Source of the DNA: the human T2T-CHM13v2.0 reference genome, Homo sapiens | DNA length: 64,000 bases | Assembly (NCBI RefSeq): GCF_009914755.1 | Contig: NC_060926.1 | Direction: 5' to 3' (one strand) | In this document: positions 1-12,500 of the stretch, piece by piece | Position numbering within the stretch: the stretch's first letter is position 1 | How the letters are laid out: every line of letters starts with the position of its first letter | Notes under the pieces: model-generated | The model's database searches: none | What the model saw: the letters and a program-made list of their open reading frames with translations, nothing else | Told to the model about the DNA's origin: nothing | Program-made: the position numbers and the translations under genes

Positions 1-874
1 CCAAACTTGATGATTATTTGTATATTTTTCATAAACTGCAAAAAGAATTTTCAGAGGACTTAGTGACAAACAAAAGGTATGATATAAAGCACACAAAAAC
101 ATATTCTCCATGGAAAGAAAAGTTGGAATTGAGAGGCCTAGGAGAGGCAGCCTCCATGTATTGATGAAATTACAGTTAAATTAGAAAGCAGAGAACAATT
201 GAGTAGGTTTGAAAAATGAGAAACAGTTAGCAAAAAAAAAAAAAAAAATACACACACGCACACATATATGTATGATAAGAAGTTTTAAAAATGATTAAAA
301 GAGGTATCCATGAAGAGATGAACACAATTTGAATATGCACTTAGCACATAAGGATGTACAATCAATATGCAACATAGTGTTTTGAATCCTAACTGATAAT
401 AAAATAACTACAAAATCCTGCAAACTCATAATGTTTAGCTAGGTTATTCTGTAAACTGTATTTTACTGATAATTAAAAGTAATTTTAATGAGAATAATAG
501 TGTGTATTTTATATTATCAATAATTTGTTTTCCTTGCTTATTTCTCTTTGCTGCAAAATGGGTTAGTAAAATACTTTGGGCGTCAGTTAATGTACACTTG
601 AAAATGCTTTTAGTTTTATTCTGAAAAAGAAATGATATCAATATACATTTATAAATGTTATGAATAGTTATACACTTTCTGATTAAACAATAAAATCCAA
701 CATCTTTAGCTTTCTAAATGGTGCTTTTTCTTGTACGTATCTATATTTAATTTTTGTAAGAAATATTTGCTATATAAGAGAGAAACTATGAGACATTTAT
801 GTAATTTATAAATAATAAAAATTAAACAAATAGCTGAGAAACTCTGCCTATAATTAGATCAAAATTATTTTTGT

Positions 875-1320
875 AAATTATATGGCTCTTCAAAATATTT
901 CTTCCTCGCTTCCTTACTTTCCTGGAAATAGTGTGCTTTCCCACCCCTAGAATTTCTGTTTGTGCATTTGACTTGTTTTGGCCAGTGGATATTAACCAAT
1001 ATCAAGCATTCCAAGGCTTGCTATGTGCATTCGGTGTAGAGCTTGCTGTCCTGTGTTTCCTCAATGTTAAAAATAGCCATTGAGTAGTTACTGTGCCTTC
1101 AGACTCAGCCCCAGAATGTACCTGTGTAGGACAGAGTTGCTCTAGCAGACCTGAATTGAGAAGCAATTCTACCCCGACTACCACAGCCTGAAGCTAAGTG
1201 GCCCAGCTGACCTACAAATCATAAACAATACCCCCAAAAAACAAATTATCATGTTAAATCACTGAAATTTGAAGTCGTTTGTTCACAATAGACTTCAAAT
1301 TTCAAATAGCTAATCAATAG
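875..1320 (+). mobile_element. Old MaLR solo LTR (MLT1H/I/J-like), degenerate
   Basis: MLT1-type motifs 'tgacttgttttggccagtgga', 'cccagctgacctaca' and 'tgttaaatcactgaaatttgaagtcgtttgtt'. Confidence 0.55.
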
Positions 1321-1339
1321 ATTTAATCATTTATAGGAT

Positions 1340-1797
1340 AGAAATCACCTACCTATTTGACCCATTCCCCTACTTAGCACCTAGAGACAATCAATCAACC
1401 TGAACATTTTGAATGGCACTATCTGTTTTTCTAAACATAATTTTATGTCACATACATGTATTCACATATATAATGATATATATAGTATATCTGAATATTT
1501 TATTTTTACTTCATTAAGATATGTCAGAATGTATATGGTCATCTGAGTCTTATTTTTTCCTCAATATAGTGTCTCTACATTTTATCCACATTGTTATGTG
1601 CAGCTGTAGTATATTCATTTTCACTGCTCTATAATATCCATTATGTGACTTTTCCCACATATTATTTATCCATGTTTGTTACTAACATGTTATTTCGATG
1701 ATTTTCATTGTTTGCTAATACAAACAATGCTCCAAGGAGCATTCTGCATATCTGGAGATTGTATATGTTGAAGCACATGTGTAAACGTTTCTCTAGG
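1340..1797 (-). mobile_element. Ancient L1M(E) 3' end fragment
   Basis: 'ttatccacattgttatgtgcagctgtagtatattcattttcactgct' typical of antisense L1M 3' region. Confidence 0.6.
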
Positions 1798-2720
1798 GCA
1801 TCAGTTCTCAAACTTTTGGCCTGAGGATCTGTATTTGTTAAGGTTTGCCAGAGAAATATAATAGAACGAATATGTGTGTGTGTGTCTGTGTGTCTGTGTG
1901 TGTGTGTGTGTCTGTATGTTGATGTGTATATATACATATGTATTGTGTGTATCTCTCTGTGTGTGTATATATATGTACATGTACATATATGTATATGTAC
2001 ATATGGATATATATGCATACACATACATGTGTGTATGCATATATATACAAAGAGATACATGCAGAGACAGAGATAAAGAGAGAGAGAACAGACTCTCTTT
2101 GGCTCACATGATTGTGGGGACTGTTAAGTCCAAAATTTGTAGGGCAGGTGAGCAGGCTGGGGATCCAGGGAAGAGTAGATGTCTGATTTTGCAGCTTAAA
2201 TCTGAAGGAATTCCATCTTATTTGGGGACCTTAGTGTTTCCCTTTTAAGGCCTTCAACTGATTGGAAGAAGCCCACTCATGTTGTAGAGAATAATGAGCT
2301 TTACTCAACATCTACTGATTTATGTGTTTATTTCACCTAAAACATACCTCCACAGAGATATTTAGACTGATGTTTGACCAAACATTGTGGTAGCATAGCT
2401 TAGTAAAACTGACGCATAAAATTAGCTATCACCATACCCCTTTATTACCTTAAAGATTATTAAGTACCCTAAAGAGATTTGGTTAGGGGCTTATATCTAT
2501 TGATGCTTATTGTATTATAAATTAAAACTTAGAAATCTTAAAGATATTTATTAATTTAAATAACTATAGAAAGTTCATTGCATGTTAACTAAACATTTTA
2601 ATGCAAAATCAATATAATGCCTAAAACAAAAAAATTAATGAAAAGTGTGACATTATTTTATACTTCTGTAAAAATCTTTGTGGCACCTGGCTCAATAAAT
2701 TGCCAGTAGAGGAAAATTTT
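1798..2720 (-). mobile_element. hAT-Charlie (Charlie1-like) DNA transposon end, interrupted by MLT2 LTR
   Basis: 'cagttctcaaacttttggcctgaggatc' continues after the LTR as 'cccctttattaccttaaagattattaagtaccctaaagag'. Confidence 0.55.
1830..2434 (-). mobile_element. MLT2 (ERVL) solo LTR containing expanded (TG)n/(TA)n microsatellite (about 1871-2090)
   Basis: 'ttggctcacatgattgtgggg', 'ggccttcaactgattgg', 3' 'actgacgcataaaattagctatcacca'. Confidence 0.8.
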
Positions 2721-3262
2721 TCTGTTCTTGTCAACCTTAGCAGAAATTTATTTATTTTATTACTCTTCAAAGAACCATTTTGGTCTTTGTTGATCTTCCA
2801 TTCTATTATTCTATCATATATATAGTATACGCTTTCTAACCTCAAAATATATGCATAGCACAATGATTTTAAGTCTGTTCTCTTTTCATTATAACCAGTT
2901 AAAATTAAATTCCCTTCAAAATACTGATTTGACTTCATGTCAGAGTTTTGATGTGTTGCCATTCAGTTCTATTTTAAAACATTTCTTCTCTTATGTATGT
3001 TATTTAAAACTGTTTTAAAATTTGCACAAATATACTTTATCAGCATATTTGTATACTGATCAATGAGTGATATTGATCTTTATTTCATAAGCTTGTTGGC
3101 CACATGTATGTCTTCTTTTGGAAAGAGTCTGTTCTTGTTATTTGCCCATTTTAATGGAGTTGTTTGTTTTTTGCTTGTAAATTTGTTTATTTTCCTTACA
3201 GATGCTGGATATTAGAACTTTGTCAAACACATAGTTTGTAAATATTTTGTCCTATTCTGTAG

Positions 3263-5064
3263 TGTATTAGCCTATTCTCACACTGCTGATAAAGAAATAC
3301 CCGAGACTAGGTATTTTATAAAGGAAAGAGGTTTAATGACTCACAGTTCCACATGGCTGGGGAGGCCTCATAATCACGGCAGAAGGTGAATGAGAATCAA
3401 AGTCACGTCTTACATGGTGGAGGCCAAGAGGGCATGTGCAGGGGAACTCCCCCCACCTCTTTTTTTTTTTAATTATACTTTAATTTCTGGGATACATGTG
3501 CAGAATGTGCAGGTTTATTACATAGGTATACATGTGCCATGGTGGTTTGCTGCACCCATCAACCCATCATCTACATTAGGTATTTCTTCTAATGCTATCC
3601 CTCCCCTAGTCCCCCACCCCTCAGCAGGCCCCAGTGTGTGATCTTCCCCTCCCTGCGTCCATGTGTTCTCATTGTTCACCTCCCACTTATGAGTGAGAAC
3701 ATGCGGTGTTTGGTTTTCTGTTCCTGTTTTAGTGTGCTGAGAATGATGGTTTCCAGCTTCATCCTTGTCCTTGCAAAGGACATGAACTCATACTTTTTAT
3801 GGCTGCATAGTATTCCATGGTGTATATGTGCCACATTTTCTTTATCTAGTCTCTCATTGACTGGTATTTGGGTTGGTTCCAAGTCTTTGCTATTGTGAAT
3901 AGTGCTGCAATAAACATACATGTGCATGTATCTTTATAGTAAAATGATTTATAATCCTTTGGGTATATGCCCAGTAACGGGATTGCTGAGTCAAATGGTA
4001 TTTCTGGTTCTGAGGAATCGCCACACTGTCTTTCACAATGGTTGAACTAATTCACACACCCATCAACAGTGTAAAAGCCTTCCTATTTCTTCACATCCTC
4101 TCCAGCATCTGTTGTTTCCTGACTTTTTAATGATCCCCATTCTAACTGGCATGAGATGGTATCTCATAGTGGTTTAGATTTGCATTTCTCTAATGACCAG
4201 TGATGACGAGCTTTTTTTCATGTTTGTTGGCTGCATAAATATCTTCTTTTGAGAAATGTCTGTTCATATTCTTCACCTACTTTTTGATGGGGTTGTTTTG
4301 TTTTCTTGTAAATTTAAGTTCCTTGTAGATTCTGGATATTAATCCTTTGTCAGATGGATAGATTGCAAAAATTTTCTCCCATTCTGTAGGTTGCCTGTTC
4401 ACTCTGATGATAGTTTCTTTTGTTGTGCAGAAGCTCTTTAGTTTAATTAGATCCTATTAGTCTATTTTGGCTTTTGTTGCCATTGCTTTTGGTGTTTTAG
4501 TCATGAAGTCTTTGCCCATGCCTGTGTCCTGGATGGTATTGCCTAGGTTTTCTTCTAGGGTTTTTATGGTTTTAGGTTTTACGTTTAAGTCTTTAATCCA
4601 TCATGAGTTAATTTTTGTATAAGGTGTAAGGAAGGGATCCAGTTTCACTTCTCTGCATATGGCTAGCCAGTTTTCCCAACATCATTTATTAAATAGGGAA
4701 TTCTTTCCCCATTGCCTGTTTTTCTCAGGTTTGTCAAAGATCAGATGGTTGTAGACGTGTGGCATTATTTCTGAGGCCTCTGTTCTGTTCCATTGGTCTG
4801 TATATCTGTTTTGGTAACAGTACCATGCTGTTTGGGTTACTGTAGCCTTGTAGTATATTTTGAAGTCAGGTAGTGTGATGCCTCCAGCTTTGAAATTCCC
4901 TTTATAAAACCTTCAGATCTTGTGAGACATTTACTATCTTGAGAACAGCACAAGAAAAACCTGCAACCATGATTTAATTACTTCCCACCTGCTCCCCCCA
5001 TGACACATGGGGATTATCACAATTCAATGTGAGATTTGGGTGGACACACAGCCAAACCATATCA
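3263..5064 (-). mobile_element. THE1/MST MaLR solo LTR split by an L1PA insertion
   Basis: tgtattag...ccaaaccatatca termini; 5-bp TSD tgtag (3258-3262) / tatag (5065-5069). Confidence 0.88.
3459..4891 (-). mobile_element. 5'-truncated L1PA (about L1PA7/8) inserted into THE1
   Basis: polyT then L1PA 3'UTR 'aattatactttaatttctgggatacatgtgcag'; ORF2 C-terminus in ORF 3676-3927; degenerate TSD gaactcccc/gaaattccc. Confidence 0.9.
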
Positions 5065-6752
5065 TATAGGTTGTCTGATTACTCTGATGACAGTTTCTTT
5101 TGCTGTTGAGAAGCTCTTAAGTTTAATTAGGTCACACTTGTCAATTTTTGTTTTTGTTACAATTGCTTTTGGCATTTTTGTCACAAAATCTGTGCTAAAT
5201 CCTACATCCAGAGTGATATTTCCTAGGTTATCTTCCAGGGTGTTTAGAATTTTATGTTTCACATTTAAGCCTTTAATCCACCTTGAGTTTATTTTTGTAT
5301 GTGGTATAAGGGAGGGGTCCAGTGTCAATCTTTTGCATCTGGCTAGCACATTTTATTGAATAGGGAATACTTTCCCCATTGCTTGTTTTTGTTAGGATTG
5401 TTGAAAATCAAGTTGAACATGTGTGGCATTATTTCTGGGCTCCCTATTCTGTTCCATTGGTCTGTGTGTCTGTTTTTGCACCAGTACCATGCTGTTTTGG
5501 TTACTGTAGTCTAGTAGTACAGTTTAGTCAAGTAATGTGATGCCTCCAGCTTTGCTATTTTTTCTTAAGATTGCCTTAGCTATTTGGGCTCTTTTTTTGG
5601 TTCTATAGGAATTTTAAAATATTTTCTAATTCTGTGAAGAATATCATTGGTACTTTGATAGAAATAGCATTGAATCTATAAACTGCTTTGGGCAGTATGG
5701 CCATTTTAATAATATTGATTCTTCCTATCCATGAGCATGGAAGATTTTTCCAGTTGTCTGTGTCACCTCTGATTTCTTTGAGCAGTGTTTTGTAGTTCTT
5801 GTTGTAGAGACGTTTCATTTCCTGGGTTGGCTGTATTCCTAGGTATTTTATTCTTTTTGTGGCAATTGTGAATGTGACTGTATTCGTGATTTCACTCTCA
5901 GCTTAGATGTTGTTGGTATATAGAAATGCTAGTGATTTTTGTACATCGATTTTGTATCCTGAGACTTTGCTGAAGTTGTTTGTCAGATCAGGGAACTTTT
6001 GGGCCAAGATTATGGGGTTTTCAAGATATAGAAATACATCATCTGGAAACAGGGATAGTTTGACTTCCTCTCTTCTTATATGGATGCCTTTTCTTTCTTT
6101 TTCTTTCCTGATTGCTATGGCTGGAACTTTGAATATTTTGTAGAGTAGGGATGGTGAAGAAGGCATACTTGACTGGTGCTGGTTTTCAAAGGGAAGACTT
6201 CCAGCTTTTGCCCATTCAGTATGATGTTGGTTGTGGGTTTGTCATAGATGGCTCTTATTATTTTGAAGTGTGTTCTTTTGATGCCTAATTTATTGAGGGT
6301 TGTTAATGTGAAGATGTATTTTATCAAAAGACTTTTCTGCATCTATTGAGATAATCATCTGGTTTTTGTTTTTAGTTCTGTTTATGTGATGAATCATATT
6401 TATTGATTTGTGTATGTTCAACCGAGCTTACATCCCAGGGATAAAGCCTACTTGGTCATGATGGATTAGTTTTTCGATGTGCTGCTGGAATTGATTGGCA
6501 ATTATTTTGTTGAGGTTTTTTGTATCAGTTTTCATCAAAGATATTGGCCTGAAATTTTATTTTTTGTTGTATCTCTGACATGTTTTTGTGTCAGGAAAAT
6601 AGTGGCCTCATAAAATGAGTTGAGAAGGAATCTCTCCTCCTCAATTTTTTGGAACAGTTTCAGTAAGAGTGATAGGAGCTCTTCATTGTATACATATGGT
6701 AGAATTTGGCTATGAATCTATCTGGTCCTGGGTTTTTTTCTGGTTGATAGGC

Positions 6753-7105
6753 TGATATGGTTTGGCTGTGTCCTCATCCAAATCTCATCTTGAATTATAG
6801 CTCCCATAATTTCCATGTGTTGTGGGAGAGACCTGGTGGGAGGTAATTGAATTAAGGCAGGACTTGCCTGTGCTGTTCTTTTGTTAGTGAATAAGTCTCA
6901 TGAGATCTGATGGTTTTATAAAGGGGAGTTTCCCTGCACAAATTCTCTCTTGTCTCCTGCCATATAAGACATGCCTTTTACCTTCCACCATGACTGTGAG
7001 GCCTCCCCAGCCATGTGGAACTGTGAGTCTATTAAATCTCTTTTTCTTTATAAATACCCAGTCTCAAGTATGTCTTTATCAGCAGCATGAAAATGGACTA
7101 ATACA
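6753..7105 (+). mobile_element. THE1 (THE1A/B/C) solo LTR
   Basis: TGATATGGTTTGGCTGTGTCC start, GGACTAATACA end, 353 bp; TSD taggc/tagac. Confidence 0.92.
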
Positions 7106-7390
7106 TAGACTTTTTATTACTGATTCAGTTTTGTAACTCATTTTTTTTGTCTGTGCAGGGATTCATTTTTTTTCCTGGGTTCAGTCTTGGGAGGGTGTAT
7201 GTGTCCAGGAATTTTTCCATTTTTTTCTAGATTTTTTAGTTTGTGCATAGAAGTATTCGTAATAGTCTCTGATGGTTATTTGTATTTCTGTGGGTTCAGT
7301 GGTAATGTCAGGATCAGTGTAATGCCCTTTGTAATTTCTAATTGTTTTTATTTGGATCTTCTTTCTTCTTTATCATTCTAGCTAGCAGTC

Positions 7391-7681
7391 TCTCTTATTT
7401 ACTTTTTCAAATAACCATTGATTATTTGGATTAATTAATCTTTTGAGTGATTTTTCATATCTCAATGTCCTTAGTTCATCTCTGATTTTGGTTATTTCTT
7501 TTGTGAGTTTTGGGGTCAGTTTAATCTTGGTTTTGTATCTTATTAAGTTTTTTAAATTACCATTGATTATTTGGATTCATTGATTTTTTTCAGTGGTTTT
7601 TTCATATCTCAATCTCCTTAGTTCATCTCTGATTTTGCTTATTTCTTCTGTTAGTTTTTGGGTTCAGTTTACTCTTGGTTC
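7391..7681. repeat. Diverged ~145-bp tandem duplication within L1 ORF2
   Basis: Two copies of 'accattgattatttggatt...tttttcatatctcaat.tccttagttcatctctgattttg...'. Confidence 0.8.
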
Positions 7682-9551
7682 TCTAGTCCATTTAGTTGTG
7701 ATGTTAGGTTGATAAATTGAGATCTTTCTAACTTTTTGATGTGGGCATTTAGTGCTATAAATTTTCCTGTTAACACTGCCTTAGCTGTGTCCCAGAAATT
7801 TTGGTATGTTGTGTCTTGGTTCTCATTAGTTTCAAATAACTTCTTACTTCTTGATTTCTGCTTTAATTTCATTATTTACTCAAAAGCCATTCAAGTGCAG
7901 CTATTCAATTTCCATGTAATTGTATGTTTTTCAGTGATTATTTCAGTCTTGATATGTAATTTTATTGTGCTGTGATGCAAGAGAGTAGTTGATATGATTA
8001 TAGTTCTCTTGCATTTGCTGAGGATTGTTCTGTGTCTCATTATGTGGTAGAATTTAGAGTATGTGCATGTGGCAATGAGAAGAGTGTATATTCTATTTGT
8101 TTTGGGAGGGGAGAGTTCTGTAGATATCTATCAGGTCCTTTTGATCCAGTGCTCAGTTCAGGTCCTGAATATTTTTGTTAATTTTCTGACTCAATGATCT
8201 AATACTGTCAGTAGGGTGTTGCAGTCTCCACTATTATTTTGTAGGAGTCTAAGTCTCTTTGAAGGTCTTTAAGAACTTGCTTTATGACTCTGGTTGCTTC
8301 TGTGTTGAATGCATATATATTTAGAATAGTTAGGTCTTCTCATTGAATTGAAATCTTTGCCAGTATGTAATGCTCCCCTTTTTTCGTCTCTATTTGTTTA
8401 AAGTCTATTTTGTCTAAAATTAGGATAGTAACCCCTGCTTTTCTCTGTTTTCCATATGCTTGGTAGATTTTTCTCCATCCTTTTATTTTGAGCCTCTGAG
8501 TGTTACTGCATATGAAACAGGTCTCTTGAAGACAGCATACCAATGAATCTTGGTTCTTTATCCAATTTGCCACTCTGTGCCTTTTAATTAGGGCATTTAG
8601 CCCATTTACATTTAAAGTTATTGTTGATATGTGTGAATGTGATCCTGTCATCATGATGTTAGCTTGTTATGCAAGCTTGTTTGTGCGGTTGCTTTATAGT
8701 GTCACTGGTCTGTATACTGGCAGGTTAGGATGCATGCACACACACGTTGGCATGGGGGAAGGTAAAACCCACCCACGTACACACATGTTGGCAATGTGAT
8801 ATATGTGGTGGCTGTGGGCCTGGAGGAAGCTGCAGTGGGGGTAGGGAATAGGCAGGCTGGTGTGTGGCCATGGGGGTTGCCCCATTGGACCCCTCTGCCA
8901 GTCAGGCACAGTTCACCACTGCAGGAGCTATTATGTGGGCTCCCAGAGCACCTGCTTGTTCTACAAGCAGGCATGGCCAGGCTGGGGCCCTGGAAGAGGC
9001 CAGCAGACCAAGGGGTGCTCAAGTCAGACTAGCCCCATCTGATGGGCAAGACCACCATGCAGAGTTCAAGTCTGAGAGTTTCCCTAGGGATAATGTCTCC
9101 TGTGGTAGCATGTCGAGCCTACAGGGATGGACATCTCTTGTCATACTCTGCCACAAGTGCTTAGGCACCAAATCCTTTTGGCTCTGCATCAGCTGGCATG
9201 CTGCCCCTACCAATTCTCTAAGCAGCTCTTTGTTCCAACTCAAGTATCCGTCATAGTTTAGGGGTCTCCTCCTGCCAAGATTCCAGAGGCCTGTGGCAAG
9301 AGTAGGTTGATCCTTGTCAGTTCAATTCACCCATTCCTTTGGAGTTGTTGGAGGGTAGGAATTAGTCCCCTGCCTGGTAGCCTCCTGTAGGGTTCCCAGC
9401 TTCCTCCCACTTGAGCACAGCTTTTGTATCTTCCCTCCATCCACTCTCACAGGCTTCCCTCTGAAGCTCTGTCAGGAGTGTGCCAATTTTCTTGGTCCCT
9501 TGGTGGCAGTTGTTCCACCTGGTTGTGTCAAGTTGGCCATCTTCTACTTAA

Positions 9552-12500
9552 TCAGGTCTTCTTGTTGAATTGAAACTATTGCCATTATGTAATGCTCTTC
9601 TTTAGCTTATTTGGTCTTTGTTGGTTTAAAGTCTGTTTTGTCTAAAACTAGGATTGCAACCCCTGCATTTTTGTGTTTGTTGTTGTTGTTGTTGTGGTGG
9701 TGGTTTACTTGGTTGATTTTTCCCCATTCCTTTATTTTGAGCCTATGGATGTCATTGTATGTGAGATGGGTCTCTTGAAGACAGCATACTATTGGGTCTT
9801 CCTTCTTTGTTCAGCTTGCCATTCTGTGTATTTTAATTGGGGGATTAAGCTGTTTACATTCAAGGTTACTATTCATATGTACGAATTTGATCCTGTCATC
9901 ATATTGTTAGCTGGTTATTATGCAGACTTGTCTGTGTGGTTGCTTTATAGTGTCACTGGTTTGTGTACTTAAGTGTATTTTTGTAGTGGCTGGTAATGAT
10001 CTTTCTTTTTCACATTTAGCACTCCTTTCAGGACCACTTGTAAGGCAGTTCTGGTGGTAATGAATTCATTCAGCATTTGCTTGTTTGAAAATGATCTTAT
10101 TTCTCCTTCACTTATGAAGCTTGGTTGGGCTGGATATGAAATTCTTGTTTCAAATATTATTTTAAGAATCCTGAATATAAGCACTCAATGTCTTCTGGCT
10201 TGAAGAGTTTCTGCTGAAAAGTCCAGCCTGATGGGATTCCCTTTGTATGTGACCTGTCTCTTCTCTCTAATTGCCTTTTACATTTTTTCATTCATTTGGA
10301 CCTTGGAGAATCTGATGATTATGTGTCTTGGAGATGGTCTTCATGTATAATATCTCACAGGAGTTATATGCATTTCATGGATTTGAATGTTGGTCTCTCT
10401 AGCAATGTTAGAAAGTTTTCATGTACAATATCCTGATATATGTTTTCCAAGTTGCTTACTTTCCCCCTGTCTCTTTCAGGGACACCAATGAGTCATAGTT
10501 TTCATCTATTTACATAATCCTATATCTTTTGGAGATTTTGCTCCTTCCTTTTAAATTCTTTTTTCTTTATTTTTGTCTGACTGAGTTATTTCAGAGAGCC
10601 AGAATTTGAGCTCTTAGATTCTATCCTCAGTTTCTTCTATCCTGCTGTTTATACTTGCGATTTAATTATGCAATTCTTGTAGTATGTTTCTTATCTCTAT
10701 TAGATGAGTTTGGTTCCTTTTTTATAATGGCTATTTTGACTATCAGCTCCTGTATCATTTTACTGTGATTCTTAGCTTCCTTGGATTGGGTTTTGCTGTT
10801 TTCCTGTATCTTGATGATCCTTGTTCCTGTTCATATTCTGAATTCTATTTCTCTCATTTCAGATATTTCAGCCTGGTTAAGAACTCTTGCTGGGGAAATA
10901 GTATGATTATTTAGAGGAAAGAAGGTAGTCTGGCTTTTCAAGTTGTCAGAGTTCTTTCACTGGCTTTTTCTAATTTGTGTGCGCTGATGTTCCTTCAGTC
11001 TTTAAAGTTTCTGTCCTTTCAATTGATTTTTTTGTTTTTTTCTTCATTGATGCCCTTGGGGATTTTATTATGTTATAATTGAGTTTGGTTGACTGGCTTT
11101 GATTCTAGTACACTACTGGGTCTTGGTGGCACCCTCTATGATTACTGTCTGCATGCCCGCATTTCTTCTGTTGGGCTTTCTGATCTATTGAGTTTCCTCA
11201 GGCAAGGGCTGCGGTTGGCAGACAAGCTGTATTCTTGCCAGGTTGGCCTTAATTTGATGTCCATGTGCTTCCTGGGGAAACATGGGGTTGCACTTGCCTG
11301 CAGAGTTCAGGCAGAAGTGGGACCTCTGGGTTGGAAGCTCTAGCAGGTGTGGTCCATCTGGCTATGGGAGGCAGGGGTGAGTGGAGTTGCCTACCCTGAC
11401 CTCCTGGTGTTTCCAGGGCAACAGGAGCCTGCCTGCACCCCTCAGCAAATTCAGGGAAAACTAGGACTGTTGGGCCAGCAGCCCTATCAGATGTGGCTCA
11501 CCTGTCCACCAGTGGCAGGGGTTGGTGGGGATGCTTGTCCTGCTTTCTGGGAGCTTCCTAGGACAATAGGAGTCTACCCATTGGTTGAGTTCCCACAGAA
11601 GTGGAACTGCTGGGCCAAAAGCTCCAGCAGGCATTGCCTACCTGGCTGCCAGTGGCAGTGTCAGGCAGCGTCATGTGCCCTGCTGTCTGGGTGTTTCCTG
11701 GGACAACAGAAAGCTGCCCCCTCTAGATCAGTCCAAACAGAAGCCAGACTGCTGGGCCAGAAGCCCCAGCAAGTGTTGCCTGCCTTGCAGGGTCAGTGGG
11801 ATCACATGCCTTACTGTCCAGGTGTTTCCTGGGACAACAGGAGGCTTGTGCTCCTCAGCTGAGTTCCCTCTGAAGCAGGACCACTGAGCCAGAAACTCTA
11901 TCATGTGTCGCTTGCCTGGCTATGAGTAGCAGGGATGGATGGGGTTGTCTGCCCTACCAGCTGGGTGTTTTCAGGGCAGCAAGAGGCTGTGCCCTCCAGC
12001 TGAGTTCAACAAAAGTAGGACTGCTGGGCGGGAAGCTCTAGCACACATTGATCACCTGGCAACCAGTGATGAGGGCAGGTGAGGTCACATGGTGCTGTGC
12101 TCTCTGGGTGTTTCCCAGGGCAACAGGAAGCTGCACCTTCCAGCTGAGCTCACATAGAGGTGGGATGACTGGGATGGAGGCTCTAGCAGTTGTTGCCCAC
12201 CTGGCTGTCCATGGCAAAAGTGGATGGGGTCATGTGCAGCCTCCTGCCACCTGAGTGTTTCCCGGGACATCAGGAGGCTGTATCCTGCAGCTGAATTTAC
12301 ACAGAAGTGGAACAACTGGGCTGGAAGCTCTAGTAAGCATTGCCTGCCTGCCTAGCAGTGGTGGGGGTGGGTGGAGTGGCAGGCCAAATTCAGGCTGAAG
12401 TGGGACTGATGGGCTAGAAGCTGGTGCTGAGCCCCATCTGGCAAGGGGGTGGGTGGAGCAATCTTACTGCTCCCAGGCACTGCAACTACGCCTTTCTTCA

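Larger units (their letters stand above)
3062..9545 (-). mobile_element. Old primate L1 (L1PA15/16-like): 5'UTR (8717-9545) fused directly to ORF2, ORF1 absent, 3' end missing; interrupted by two THE1 LTRs
   Basis: ORF2 fragments in track (8340-8654 MMTGSHSHISTITLNVNGLN = endonuclease start; 5062-6342 RT/C-terminal pieces); L1 5' terminus 'aagatggccaa' on minus strand near 9535-9543. Confidence 0.85.

Noticed and set aside
1662-2248. Cluster of 66-132 aa ORFs rich in C/V/Y/I/H/T
   Set aside because: Translations of a (TG)/(TA) microsatellite inside an MLT2 LTR; the same applies to 33430-33772
3676-10184. Numerous L1 ORF1/ORF2-like peptides
   Set aside because: Fragmented by stops and frameshifts; dead retrotransposon remnants
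11347-11862. Longest ORF (171 aa), antisense in an L1 5'UTR and superficially ORF0-like
   Set aside because: GTG start, runs through GC-rich tandem monomers where long open frames arise by chance, no recognisable domain
11265-12420. Regularly spaced repeats resembling a CRISPR array
   Set aside because: Whole units are homologous (no unique spacers), eukaryotic L1 context, no cas genes
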